Positions 20,186 through 29,225 of a stretch of DNA of 64,000 nt are shown here, one piece after another. The translations under genes were made by a program, and so were the position numbers. Under the pieces are notes generated by a model. That model made no database searches. It saw nothing but the letters and a program-made list of their open reading frames with translations, and was not told the origin of the DNA. Position 1 is the first letter of the stretch. Each line of letters starts with the position of its first letter. Source of the DNA: an uncultured Alphaproteobacteria bacterium (GTDB lineage Bacteria; Pseudomonadota; Alphaproteobacteria; ATCC43930; CGMCC-115725); assembly GCA_963701815.1 (NCBI GenBank), contig CAVPBN010000003.1, forward strand, positions 152,081 through 216,080, read 5' to 3'.

Positions 20186-20832
20186 GTGTCTTCCCTCCGG
20201 GCTTCGAGCAGATGAAAGACCGACCGGCAATGGGCGGTGAAGTCGCGCCTGACGATCGACCAGCCGGAACTGCGCAGCCGGTCTTCCCAGGCCGCCAGTT
20301 TGTAGCCGCGGTAGCCGATCTCCCACTGGTGGCCGCCTGCCGGCTCGGCGGCGAACTCCTTCAGGAACAAAAGTTTCTTCATCGAGAAATACTGGCTGAA
20401 ACTGGTCCGGTTCAGGTAGACGTCGAGCGCCACCTGGAACGCCATGTAGGGGACCGAGACGATCAGGTTTCCGGCGCCGCTGCGGTGAAACGCCGACAAT
20501 ACCGAGCCGACGCGTTGCCACTCGATATGCTCGAGCGTCTCGCAGCACAGGATCGCGTCGTAGCCGGCGATCTCCTCGCCGTGCAGATCGCAAATGTCGC
20601 GATCGAGATGCGGGACATCCGGCTGGTCGAAGGCGCGCCTGCCCCGGTCGAGGGTGTGCACGTCATAGCCGGCATTGACCAGCAGGCCGGTCACCAGCCC
20701 GAGAGCCGGGCCGACTTCGAGCACCTTTTCGCACTCGGTCAGCCCCAGCAGATGCACCTGCAGCCACTGATGGACGATGCGTTTTTGCGTATAATAGGCG
20801 TTCCACGCCGCTTTCGACCGGGTCTCGGGCAT
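20182..20832 (-). CDS. Class I SAM-dependent methyltransferase
   Basis: 216 aa from MPETRSKAAWNAYY. Motif I is VLEVGPALGLVTGLL, and motif post-II is ILCCETLEHI. Confidence 0.8.
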   Translation of the reverse strand: MPETRSKAAWNAYYTQKRIVHQWLQVHLLGLTECEKVLEVGPALGLVTGLLVNAGYDVHTLDRGRRAFDQPDVPHLDRDICDLHGEEIAGYDAILCCETLEHIEWQRVGSVLSAFHRSGAGNLIVSVPYMAFQVALDVYLNRTSFSQYFSMKKLLFLKEFAAEPAGGHQWEIGYRGYKLAAWEDRLRSSGWSIVRRDFTAHCRSVFHLLEARREDT

Positions 20833-20840
20833 CCGCGGGT

Positions 20841-21245
20841 TTACGCGGTGTCCGGTTTTTCGGCCCGGAATTCGGCGAACACCTTGCTCGCCATCATCAG
20901 CAACTCGCGGATGATCGGCACGCCGACATAACCCGACAGGTGAAGCAAGGCCTCGGTCAATTCCTCCTCGGTCCAGCCCTGGCGCAACGCCATGCGCAAA
21001 TGCAACGCCAGTTCGGGTTCGCGCCCGGTCGCGGCATCGGAGATCACGCAGATCAGGGCCCGCGTCTTCAGATCGAGCCCGGGCCGCGTCCACAACGCGC
21101 CGAACACCGTCTCGGTGGCGACGTCGATGAATTTTTTCATGACCGGGTCGCTGTAGGTCTCGCGCGCGGCCCGCTCGACCGCCGCGTCGCCCATCAGCCG
21201 GCGCCGCATCGCCGCACCCTTTCGATAGAGTTCGCTTTCGGCCAT
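20841..21245 (-). CDS. Carboxymuconolactone decarboxylase (CMD/AhpD-like) family protein
   Basis: 134 aa from MAESELYRKGAAMRRRLMGD...FGALWTRPGLDLKTRALI..LRQGWTEEELTEALLHLSGYVGVP. These are typical gamma-CMD family motifs. Confidence 0.85.
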   Translation of the reverse strand: MAESELYRKGAAMRRRLMGDAAVERAARETYSDPVMKKFIDVATETVFGALWTRPGLDLKTRALICVISDAATGREPELALHLRMALRQGWTEEELTEALLHLSGYVGVPIIRELLMMASKVFAEFRAEKPDTA

Positions 21246-21526
21246 CGCCTTGTCCTTGTTTTTCCGGGAATCCGCTCGCCGGCAATTCTGCCTCGCATCG
21301 GGGGGCGCGAACAAGCGGTGCGGCGCCGGGTGCTTCAGCGGCGACCGTTGCCTGGCCCGGCCCGGCCGACTTATGCTTCGACCGGGATTTTAACCCCGAG
21401 AGAGGAAACAACGATCACGGTCGAGCGGGCATCGGCAGGTTCGACCCGGTGCGGGCGCGGCCGCCGAACTCGCCTTCCGTTTGTCTTGTCGGCCGTAAGG
21501 CCGTCGCCACTTAGAGGAGAAAAGCC

Positions 21527-21949
21527 ATGCCGGTAAAAGCGGGAGTCATTCGCGCCGGGGCACGCACGACGAGGCGGGGCGCCGCCGAAACCTTCACCGG
21601 CGTCGTCTTTCAGGACCCGGTGATCACCGCAGAAGCGCCGTCGCGCATGGGCGGCTCGGTCGTCACCTTCACGCCGGGCGCGCGCACCGCGTGGCACTCC
21701 CACCCGGTCGGGCAGACATTGTTCTGTCTGTCGGGCGTCGGCCGCATCTGCTTCAAGGGCGAGAAGCCGCAAGTGCTAAACCCGGGCGATACGGTCAATA
21801 TCCCGCCCGACACGATGCATTGGCACGGCGCCTCACCCGACCGCCTGTTCGCGCATCTGGCATTGTCCGAGGCCGGCGAACGAGGCCAGGGCACCGCCTG
21901 GGGCGCGCATGTCAGCGACGCCGAGTACGGCGAAGCTCCGACTGCCTGA
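21527..21949 (+). CDS. Cupin domain protein
   Basis: 140 aa with the cupin motifs TFTPGARTAWHSHP.GQ and GD.V.IPP...HWHGA. RBS GGAGAA. It is divergent from the CMD operon. Confidence 0.85.
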   Translation: MPVKAGVIRAGARTTRRGAAETFTGVVFQDPVITAEAPSRMGGSVVTFTPGARTAWHSHPVGQTLFCLSGVGRICFKGEKPQVLNPGDTVNIPPDTMHWHGASPDRLFAHLALSEAGERGQGTAWGAHVSDAEYGEAPTA

Positions 21950-21962
21950 CCCATTATCCAGC

Positions 21963-22010
21963 CTCACCCCTCTCCCCAAGACCCCCAAGGGCGGCTGGGA
22001 GAGGGGTGAG
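21963..22010. repeat. CCCCTCTCC-type hairpin (family 2 REP-like element); may also act as a terminator
   Basis: CTCACCCCTCTCCC ...20 nt... GGGAGAGGGGTGAG is a perfect 14-bp inverted repeat between convergent genes. Confidence 0.75.
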
Positions 22011-22021
22011 GACCAATGCAG

Positions 22022-22405
22022 CTACCCGTTGGATGGCTGATAGAGCCGTTCGTCGTAGGGGGCGCCGATATATTGCTGAATGTCGTTCCGGAACGTGACC
22101 GTGTGAGCGGCGCTTACGTGGGCGTCAAACGATCGGGAGTTCCGGAAGATCTCGATCAGTTGGAAGTGATTGGTCGTCGGTGACCAGGTGATCAAAGTGA
22201 AATATTTAACGCCCGGGTCTTGGAGGCTGTCCACTACGAACTGCTTGAGCAGGCGTACCGCTGCGGGCGGCGCGTTGCCTGCCGCATTCGGGATCAAGTC
22301 CAAATGCGTTACCACTACGATCTGTCCTACATTGGCGCCATGAACCGGTGTGCCAGCCAACAATCCTAAAATAATCACCGGCAACGCCCAACGAAACATA
22401 CGCAT
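22022..22405 (-). CDS. Secreted antibiotic-biosynthesis-monooxygenase (ABM, dimeric alpha/beta barrel) domain protein
   Basis: 127 aa. RBS GAGGGAGGAA, then MRMFRWALPVIILGLLAGTPVHGANV (signal peptide), then VVVTHLDLIP...KYFTLITWSPTTNHFQLIEIFRNSRSFDAHVSAAHTVTFR (ABM pattern). Confidence 0.7.
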   Translation of the reverse strand: MRMFRWALPVIILGLLAGTPVHGANVGQIVVVTHLDLIPNAAGNAPPAAVRLLKQFVVDSLQDPGVKYFTLITWSPTTNHFQLIEIFRNSRSFDAHVSAAHTVTFRNDIQQYIGAPYDERLYQPSNG

Positions 22406-22511
22406 CGGAATTCCTCCCTCGATCGGCAACGTCATGTCTGAATATTGCGCCACTGGACCTTTCAGCCGGTAGGCGGTCCAGTGCGCAGTGGATATCTTTA
22501 CGTAAAAGGGT

Positions 22512-22883
22512 TTACTTGACGAAGGCTCCCGGTCGCTCGTCGAACGGCGCTTCCAGCAAGGGCTGTATGGCGTTGAGCAAAGCCTGGGTTTTGCTGGAAC
22601 CGACAAAGGCCTGGTACGAGGCAGCGTCCTTCCAGACTTCGACGAGCGAGTAGAAATTCGAGCGCTGGATTTCCTGATTGACGCCAAAGCTGATTACCCC
22701 TGATGCCGCGTTCGCCAAACCGGCCAGCTGCTGCAGCTTTTGTCCGCCCTGCACCGTCTTGGCCGGTAGGAACTCGACGTAGACGACGACGTATTGCTGC
22801 TGATTGCTTTGCGCGGCGACCGGGCCGGAAAGCGCCCCCGCCGCAAATATCAGGAACGCCGACAACCAATACCTGACCGACAT
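22512..22883 (-). CDS. Secreted ABM-domain protein, paralogue of 22022-22405
   Basis: 123 aa. RBS GGAGGAAA, then MSVRYWLSAFLIFAAGALSGPVAAQS (signal peptide), then YVVVYVEFLP....FYSLVEVWKDAASYQAFVGSSKTQALL. Confidence 0.7.
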   Translation of the reverse strand: MSVRYWLSAFLIFAAGALSGPVAAQSNQQQYVVVYVEFLPAKTVQGGQKLQQLAGLANAASGVISFGVNQEIQRSNFYSLVEVWKDAASYQAFVGSSKTQALLNAIQPLLEAPFDERPGAFVK

Positions 22884-23099
22884 GGATTTCCTCCCACAGC
22901 GTTGTCGTTCTCGACTGAGACCGGGTGCGATTCGGACAAACGGCGGCACCTACGGGTCGAATAAGACGCACGGCAATTCAGCTTCTGCAAGCCCCATGTC
23001 GCCGCTTCGTCAGCCGCGAAAATGGGCTTCGCGCCGGCGGCAGGATCGCAGGCAAACGGCTATCCGCGTGCGCCGTACGCAGCGAAATTCGTGGCTCGT

Positions 23100-23330
23100 C
23101 CGCATCGACCATTACCCCCTCTCCGCCAGGTTCGGGGAGAAGAGGTAGACGCCTCGCGGTGCGCACCGGACAGATGATACCCTCCGGTGCGTAACTTGAC
23201 CGAGATTGCTTCGTCGCTGTACCCCTAGCAATGACAAGCACTTACGCTGTCATTGCGATCCGCGGGCCTGACCCGCGGGGAAGCAATCTCGACGCGGACC
23301 TGCCCGCGAGCCAGCGTCTGGTTTGCACCC
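23100..23330. repeat. Composite structured repeat: a family 2 CCCCTCTCC motif followed by family 1 MITE-like copy B
   Basis: CCCCCTCTCCGCC...GGGGAGAAGAGG, then GCACCGGACAGATGATACCCTCCGGTGCGTAACTTGACCGAGATTGCTTCGTCGCTGTACCCCTAGCAATGACAAGCACTTACGCTGTCATTGCGA..CCGCGGGCCTGACCCGCGGGGAAGCAATCTCGACG. It is near-identical, in reverse complement, to 49518-49650. Confidence 0.85.
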
Positions 23331-24271
23331 TAACGGTCGGCGACGAGCGGCAGGCCCTCTTCGCGGCGGACCTCGTTGATGATCTGCAGGACGCGCTCGC
23401 GATAGGGGCGGTACTGCACGCCGAATTCCTGCACGAGACGCGAGTTGTCGATCAGGTAATTGCCCGAGATCGCCTTGCCGCCGGTCTCCTTCTCAAAGGT
23501 GATCTTCGCGTCGGGCAGGAATTCGCGCACGATGTCGGCGATCTCGCCGAGGCTGATCGCAATCCCGCCGGTGTTGTAGATCCAGTGCTGCGGCTTGTCG
23601 GCCATGATCACCCGGGCGAAGATCTCGGCGATCTCGTCGACATGGACCGGGCAGCGCATCGCATCCTTGTAGGGGAACGAGACCGCCTTGCCGCGCGCCG
23701 GATCGGTGATGCAGAAGACGTGATCGACCGAGCCGACGATCTTGTCGTTGCCGGTCACGTTGGCCGGCCGGATCGCGGTGATCTCGAGCCCGTGCTTCTC
23801 GCGATAGTCCTGCGCCTGCCATTCGTTGAAGATCTTGTGCATCGCGTATTGGACGTGGCCGTGGCGAAAATCCTCCTCGGTCACTACTCGGTCGCCGTAA
23901 TGGTGCTGCTCGCCGCTGACCGCCAGCGAGCTCGCATAGGCGACGCGTTTGACCCCGCAAAGGCGGGCCGCCTCGAAGCAATTGTCCATCCCGAGAATAT
24001 TGAGTTTGAACGCGGCATGCGGCGGGTGTTCGCTGCCGAGATAATAGGCGAGGTTGACGACCCGCTCGGGTTTGGTCGTCGCCGTCACCGCCATCACGTC
24101 GTCGAACTGGGCGACATCGCCGCGGACGACGCGTACCCGCTTGCCGAGATGATCGTAGGATGCGGTGCCCGGGTTGATGTCCATGCATACGATGTCTTCG
24201 CCGCGCGCCGCCAGCAACGGGATCAGCCGGCGACCGATGAAACCGGTGCCGCCGAGGATCAGTGTCGTCAT
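23330..24271 (-). CDS. NAD-dependent epimerase/dehydratase family protein
   Basis: 313 aa, MTTLILGGTGFIGRRL (Rossmann GxxGxxG) with the YxxxK region YAMHK. Confidence 0.85.
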   Translation of the reverse strand: MTTLILGGTGFIGRRLIPLLAARGEDIVCMDINPGTASYDHLGKRVRVVRGDVAQFDDVMAVTATTKPERVVNLAYYLGSEHPPHAAFKLNILGMDNCFEAARLCGVKRVAYASSLAVSGEQHHYGDRVVTEEDFRHGHVQYAMHKIFNEWQAQDYREKHGLEITAIRPANVTGNDKIVGSVDHVFCITDPARGKAVSFPYKDAMRCPVHVDEIAEIFARVIMADKPQHWIYNTGGIAISLGEIADIVREFLPDAKITFEKETGGKAISGNYLIDNSRLVQEFGVQYRPYRERVLQIINEVRREEGLPLVADR

Positions 24272-24425
24272 AGCCTTTCCTCCCAGGGGATCACTGCCGC
24301 GACGTTAATCGCCGGCCGAAGCTTGGGCAAGGAGCCGGCGCCAGTGTGTCCCCGGTTTGCGCCGGCCCCGGGGACCGCACCGGTCCCTTCGCGAAGACCC
24401 GCCGGACCGGCCCCAGACGCCGATT

Positions 24426-25655
24426 TTATGGGCTGCCGGGCGCCTTCGACCGGGTCCAGCGGCGCAGCGCTCCGCCCATGACGGTGGGCGTGCCGGCATA
24501 GTCGCGGATCAGCAGCGGACCGCCATCGCCGTTCGGCCCCGTCGGGCAATGCCAGCCGGTGGACGCGCTCGTCTTGGCGTTCCACGTCCAGCCGAGGACC
24601 CCGAACAAATTCCCGCCGGCTGCTTCCCTGTCGATCAGCGAGAGCACGTGGCGGGTGTACGCGGCGGTCCCGGAATCGCAGTAACGCTCGCCGAGTTCGC
24701 CGAGAATGACCGGCAATTGCCGGGCGATCGGCTCGAGCTGGCCGGCGAACATCGCATCGGTGCCGTTGCCCTGGACAAAATCGTAGACATGGGCGGAGGC
24801 GACGAGCTGATGCTGAGGATCGTCGGGCAGGTAGCTCAGCAACCGGGTCAGGTCGGCGTTGTAGTCGATCCCGCCGAGCAGGACCGGCTGCGTCGCCCCT
24901 TGCGATCGGATCGCGTCGACCAGCGATTGCAGACCGGCCGCGACAAAGCGGCCGCCATACACCGAATCCAGCTTGCAGCCGTTCAGCCAGCAGTTCCACT
25001 GGCCCGGCGGGCTGGGGTGCGGATTGTTCCAGGAGGCCATCGCGACTTCATTGATCGCGTCGAACACGATCCCGTGGTCGTCCGCGAAGGCCGCGGCGAC
25101 CGAGCGCCAGAACGCCGGCAGGTGGTCGTTGTCGGGCATGTAGTCGATCTGCGTCGACTGATATGTGCCGGGGGCCGTGAAATGTGGAACGGGCACCACG
25201 TAAAGGCCGTTGCGGCGAAGCAAGGTTACATAGCTCTTCACCGCCGCGCGGTAGCCGGCGGCGTCGCCGCCGAGCGGCAGCCCGTTGATGCCGAGCCAGC
25301 AATCCTCGTTCAGGGTGACCCGCACGACGTTGATCCGCCAGCCGAGCATCGCTTTTACCGATGTCCGGTCCGCCGGGCCGTCGGCGAAGCCGGTGCTGTC
25401 GTAGGTGCAGCGGCTCTCGAATATCGCGCGGTTGACGCCGCGCAGCTGCACGGCCTGCCCGGCCCCGTCGACCAGTCGGTTGTCCAGCACCCGCAGCGTC
25501 GGCGAGCCGCCGGCGGACGAGCCGTTGTCGGCAACGGCGGCGCTCGCCGCGCTCCCGGTCTGCGCGAATGTTACCGAGAGCAGCACCAACGCGATTGCCG
25601 CGATGCATCGGCAGAGTGACCCGTACAGGAGGCTGAGGTCAGGCATCTTTATCAT
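24426..25655 (-). CDS. Secreted glycoside hydrolase family 5 (endoglucanase-like)
   Basis: About 409 aa. The signal/TM segment is LCRCIAAIALVLLSVTFAQTGSA. GVNR, the acid/base region FDAINEV and the nucleophile region VILGELGE are typical of GH5. The start is ATG at 25655 or 25646. Confidence 0.8.
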   Translation of the reverse strand: MIKMPDLSLLYGSLCRCIAAIALVLLSVTFAQTGSAASAAVADNGSSAGGSPTLRVLDNRLVDGAGQAVQLRGVNRAIFESRCTYDSTGFADGPADRTSVKAMLGWRINVVRVTLNEDCWLGINGLPLGGDAAGYRAAVKSYVTLLRRNGLYVVPVPHFTAPGTYQSTQIDYMPDNDHLPAFWRSVAAAFADDHGIVFDAINEVAMASWNNPHPSPPGQWNCWLNGCKLDSVYGGRFVAAGLQSLVDAIRSQGATQPVLLGGIDYNADLTRLLSYLPDDPQHQLVASAHVYDFVQGNGTDAMFAGQLEPIARQLPVILGELGERYCDSGTAAYTRHVLSLIDREAAGGNLFGVLGWTWNAKTSASTGWHCPTGPNGDGGPLLIRDYAGTPTVMGGALRRWTRSKAPGSP

Positions 25656-25867
25656 CACCTTGCGTGATGTCTCCCACCGGGCTCTCCGGCAGTGGCGGAA
25701 GACGGGTGCGTGGACGGCGACATCGGCAAATCGACGATATCGTCGACCGGCCGAGAACGACAAGGCCGCATCCGGCCCCGTTCGCTTCAGACACGGACGC
25801 TGCCGCTTTCGCACTCCCGCCATAGGCTCTAGTCTCGTCCGGGCAGACAGGCGAAGGGGCGTCTTTG

Positions 25868-27103
25868 ATGACCGCTGTCATCCTGGCCAATTGCGCAGTC
25901 CTCGACGGCACCCGAAACGAGCGGCGCGAGGACCACCACGTCCTGGTCGAGGACGGGCTGATCCGCGAGGTCGCGGACCGGCCGATCGGCGCTGCCGCGG
26001 CCGAAACCATCGATCTCCGAGGCCGCACCCTGATGCCGGGGCTGATCGACGCGCATGTTCATGTCGTCGCGGTCGACCAGGTGCTGGCGCGTCTGTCGGA
26101 GCGGCCGGTCAGCCTGGTGGCGTTGCAGGCCGCCCGCGTGCTCGAAGGCATGCTGCAGCGCGGCTTCACCACGGTGCGCGATGCCGGGGGTGCGGATGGC
26201 GGGCTCGCCGAGGCGGTCGAGGAAGGGCTGGTGCGCGGGCCGCGGATTTTCCCGTCGGGTCAGGCGTTGAGCCAGACAGGCGGGCATGGCGATCTGCGGC
26301 CGCGCACGCGGTCGGCGTCGGTCGTTGCCTGCGCCTGCTGCGAGGGCGGGGCCGGGCTCGCCCGCATCGCCGATGGGGTCTCGGAATGCCGCCGGGCGGC
26401 GCGCGACGAGCTGCGCAAAGGCGCGACGCAGATCAAGATCATGGCCTCGGGCGGCGTCGCCTCGCCTTACGACCCGGTGTGGAACCTGCAATACAGCGAA
26501 GACGAGGTCCGCGCGATCGTCGAGGAGGCGCTGGCCTGGCATACCTACGTGATGGCGCACGCCTATACGCCCGAGGCGATCCGCCGTTCGATCGATTTCG
26601 GGGTGCGTTCGATCGAGCACGGCAACCTGATCGACCGCGCCACCGCCGAGCACGTCGTCGGCGCCGACGCTTTTGTCGTGCCGACGCTCGTCACCTTTGA
26701 CGCAATGCACCGCTTTGGCCGCGACCTCGGGTTTCCCGAGGTGAGCCTCGCCAAACTCGGCGAGGTGCGCGACGCCGGGCTGCGGTCGCTCGAAATATTG
26801 CAGGCGGCGGGCGTCAGGATCGGCTTCGGCACCGATCTGCTGGGACCGATGCACCGCCACCAGTCGCATGAATTCACGATCCGCGCGGAGGCGATGGCGC
26901 CGTTCGACATCATCCGCTCGGCGACGACGATCAATGCCGAACTCCTGAACCGATCCGGCGAGATCGGCGTCGTCGCGCCAGGCGCCCGCGCCGATCTGAT
27001 CGTTGTCGACGGCGATCCGCTCGCCGACATCTCGCTGCTCGACGGCCAGGGCGAGCATTTGACCCACATCATGAAAAACGGGGTGTTCTACAAGCGTATG
27101 TAG
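25868..27103 (+). CDS. Amidohydrolase family metallo-hydrolase
   Basis: About 411 aa. The metal-binding motif is MPGLIDAHVHV, followed by later HAYT and IEHG motifs. Confidence 0.85.
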   Translation: MTAVILANCAVLDGTRNERREDHHVLVEDGLIREVADRPIGAAAAETIDLRGRTLMPGLIDAHVHVVAVDQVLARLSERPVSLVALQAARVLEGMLQRGFTTVRDAGGADGGLAEAVEEGLVRGPRIFPSGQALSQTGGHGDLRPRTRSASVVACACCEGGAGLARIADGVSECRRAARDELRKGATQIKIMASGGVASPYDPVWNLQYSEDEVRAIVEEALAWHTYVMAHAYTPEAIRRSIDFGVRSIEHGNLIDRATAEHVVGADAFVVPTLVTFDAMHRFGRDLGFPEVSLAKLGEVRDAGLRSLEILQAAGVRIGFGTDLLGPMHRHQSHEFTIRAEAMAPFDIIRSATTINAELLNRSGEIGVVAPGARADLIVVDGDPLADISLLDGQGEHLTHIMKNGVFYKRM

Positions 27104-27152
27104 CCATCGGCGATCCTCGACAGGCACAGTTTCGCGTCGTAAGCTCTCGGGC

Positions 27153-27503
27153 ATGGGCGCGGTGCCGTTCGACACGCTGAAACTTGCGCGCCGGCTCGAG
27201 ACTGCCGGCTTTCCGCCGAAGCAGGCGGGTGACACTGCCGAGGCGCTGGCCGAAGCGATGTCCGGCGCCGGGCTCGCGACCAGCACCGACATCGCCTCGG
27301 TGCGTACGGAAATTGCCACGCTGGGCGCCGAGCTTCGGGCGGCAATCGCAGCGGTGAGGTCCGAACTGAGGGCAGAAATTGCTGCGGTGAGGGCGGAGAT
27401 CGAATTGCTGCGGCGCGATCTGACGATCCGGCTGGGCAGCATGCTGATCGTCGCCGTCGGTATTCTGTTGGCCGCGATTCGCTATCTGCCGCCGCCCCGC
27501 TGA
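27153..27503 (+). CDS. DUF1640-like coiled-coil protein with a C-terminal TM anchor
   Basis: 116 aa, MGAVPFDTLKLARRLETAGFPPKQAGDTAEAL... It has a heptad-like repeat region and a C-terminal LIVAVGILLAAIRYL segment. Confidence 0.7.
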   Translation: MGAVPFDTLKLARRLETAGFPPKQAGDTAEALAEAMSGAGLATSTDIASVRTEIATLGAELRAAIAAVRSELRAEIAAVRAEIELLRRDLTIRLGSMLIVAVGILLAAIRYLPPPR

Positions 27504-27527
27504 CACAAGTCGAACGGTCGGTTTGGT

Positions 27528-28820
27528 TTACTCAGCGGCGTTCTTCCCGCCGTAGCGGCGGACGCGGAGATCGGCTTGCTCCTTGTGGCCCCAGAAGCGC
27601 TCGATCGCGCAGAGGCGGCTGCAATATTCGCCGACCATGGCGCTCGCCTCGGGGGTCTTGACCTCCTGATAGGTGCAGGTCTTCAGGAACTTGCCGACCC
27701 ACAACCCGCCGGTGTAGCGGGCGGCGCCCTTGGTCGGCAATGTGTGGTTGGTGCCGATCACCTTGTCGCCATAAGCGACGTTGGTCTCGGGACCGAGGAA
27801 CAGCGCGCCGTAATTCTGCAGGCGGCCGAGCCAGGCACGCGGCTGCCGGGTCAACACCTCGACATGCTCGGCGGCGATGCGGTCGGCCTCGGCGGCCATC
27901 TCATTGTCGTCGGCGCACAGGATGACTTCGCCGTAATCGCGCCAGGCGACGCCGGCGACATCGGCGGTGCGCAGAATGGTGAGCTGGCGGTCGATCTCGG
28001 CGATCGTGGCGTGAGCGAGCTTCTCGGAAGTCGTCAACAATATCGCCGGCGAGGTCGGCCCATGCTCGGCCTGGCCCAAGAGGTCGGTTGCGCACATCTC
28101 GGCGTCGGCGCTGTCGTCGGCAATGACCAGAATCTCGGTCGGGCCGGCAAACAGGTCGATCCCGACCCGGCCGTAGAGCTGGCGTTTCGCTTCGGCGACA
28201 TAGGCGTTGCCGGGCCCGACCAGCATGTCGACCGGCTGGAAGGTCGCGGTGCCGAGCGCCATCGCCGCGACCGCCTGGACCCCGCCCAGCACATGGATTT
28301 CGTCGGCGCCGCCGAGATGCATCGCCGCGATCGTCTCGGGATGCGGGCCTCCTTGGTTCGGCGGCGTGCAGGCGGTGATGTGGCCGACCCCGGCGACGCG
28401 GGCGGTGACGATCGACATATGCGCCGAGGCGACCATCGGGTAGCGGCCACCCGGCACATAGCAGCCGACCCGCCCGACCGGAATGTGGCGATGGCCGAGC
28501 ACCACCCCCGGCAAAGTCTCGACCTCGACATCCTTCAACGAAGCCCGCTGGATCTCGGCGAAATTGCGGATCTGCGCCTGCGCGAATTCGATGTCGGCGA
28601 TGGTCTGCGGCGACACCTTGGCGACGAGCGCGGCGATTTCGTCGCCGGTGAGGCGAAAGCTCGGCGGCGACCATTTGTCGAAGCGCTCGCTGAGTTCGCG
28701 CACTGCCGCATCGCCGCGCCTGGCGACATCGGCGATGATCGTCTCGACCGTGGCGCTAGTCTTGGCGTCGGCCTCTTCCTGCTGGCCCTTCAGCGCGGCA
28801 GTCTTGATGTGTCGCGGCAT
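27528..28820 (-). CDS. Histidinol dehydrogenase-family protein (HisD paralogue type)
   Basis: About 430 aa from [12 protein letters not shown]. It has [43 protein letters not shown] and QAEHGP motifs. No other his genes are adjacent. Confidence 0.8.
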   Translation of the reverse strand: MPRHIKTAALKGQQEEADAKTSATVETIIADVARRGDAAVRELSERFDKWSPPSFRLTGDEIAALVAKVSPQTIADIEFAQAQIRNFAEIQRASLKDVEVETLPGVVLGHRHIPVGRVGCYVPGGRYPMVASAHMSIVTARVAGVGHITACTPPNQGGPHPETIAAMHLGGADEIHVLGGVQAVAAMALGTATFQPVDMLVGPGNAYVAEAKRQLYGRVGIDLFAGPTEILVIADDSADAEMCATDLLGQAEHGPTSPAILLTTSEKLAHATIAEIDRQLTILRTADVAGVAWRDYGEVILCADDNEMAAEADRIAAEHVEVLTRQPRAWLGRLQNYGALFLGPETNVAYGDKVIGTNHTLPTKGAARYTGGLWVGKFLKTCTYQEVKTPEASAMVGEYCSRLCAIERFWGHKEQADLRVRRYGGKNAAE

Positions 28821-28970
28821 CTGCGTGCTTCCTGTGGCTGTGACCCGCTTGCCCTTGGACAAAGAAATTATCACCGGACACGCCCGGCTGCGCTTTGTTT
28901 GAGTCGGTCTGGACGCTTGGTTGACGATATCTTATCTTCATATACAGATTTGTTCTGCCATGGTAACCCG

Positions 28971-29225
28971 ATGGCCCTGAACATCAAGGATCCGGCGACC
29001 GAAAAATTCGTGCGCGAACTCGCCGCAGCAGCCGGAGAATTGGTTACAACCGCGGTGCGCAGAGCGGCCGAAGAACGTTTGCAGAGGGTTCGGCTGCGGC
29101 GTGGTGGACGCAGTCTGGCGGCCGAAATCATCGAGATTGGAAGACGCTGCGCCGCGTTGCCGGATGTCGATACCCGCTCGGCGGAGGAAATCCTCGGTTA
29201 TGACGAGCACGGGCTGCCGCGCTGA
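28971..29225 (+). CDS. vapB: VapB-type (Rv0623/PSK-like) antitoxin
   Basis: 84 aa, MALNIKDPATEKFVRELAAAAGE..TTAVRRAAEERL... Its stop overlaps the vapC start (TGATG). Confidence 0.8.
   Translation: MALNIKDPATEKFVRELAAAAGELVTTAVRRAAEERLQRVRLRRGGRSLAAEIIEIGRRCAALPDVDTRSAEEILGYDEHGLPR

Noticed and set aside
25829-27442. 537-aa minus-strand ORF
   Set aside because: It is antisense to the amidohydrolase and DUF1640 genes, and its composition is an artefact of GC richness.
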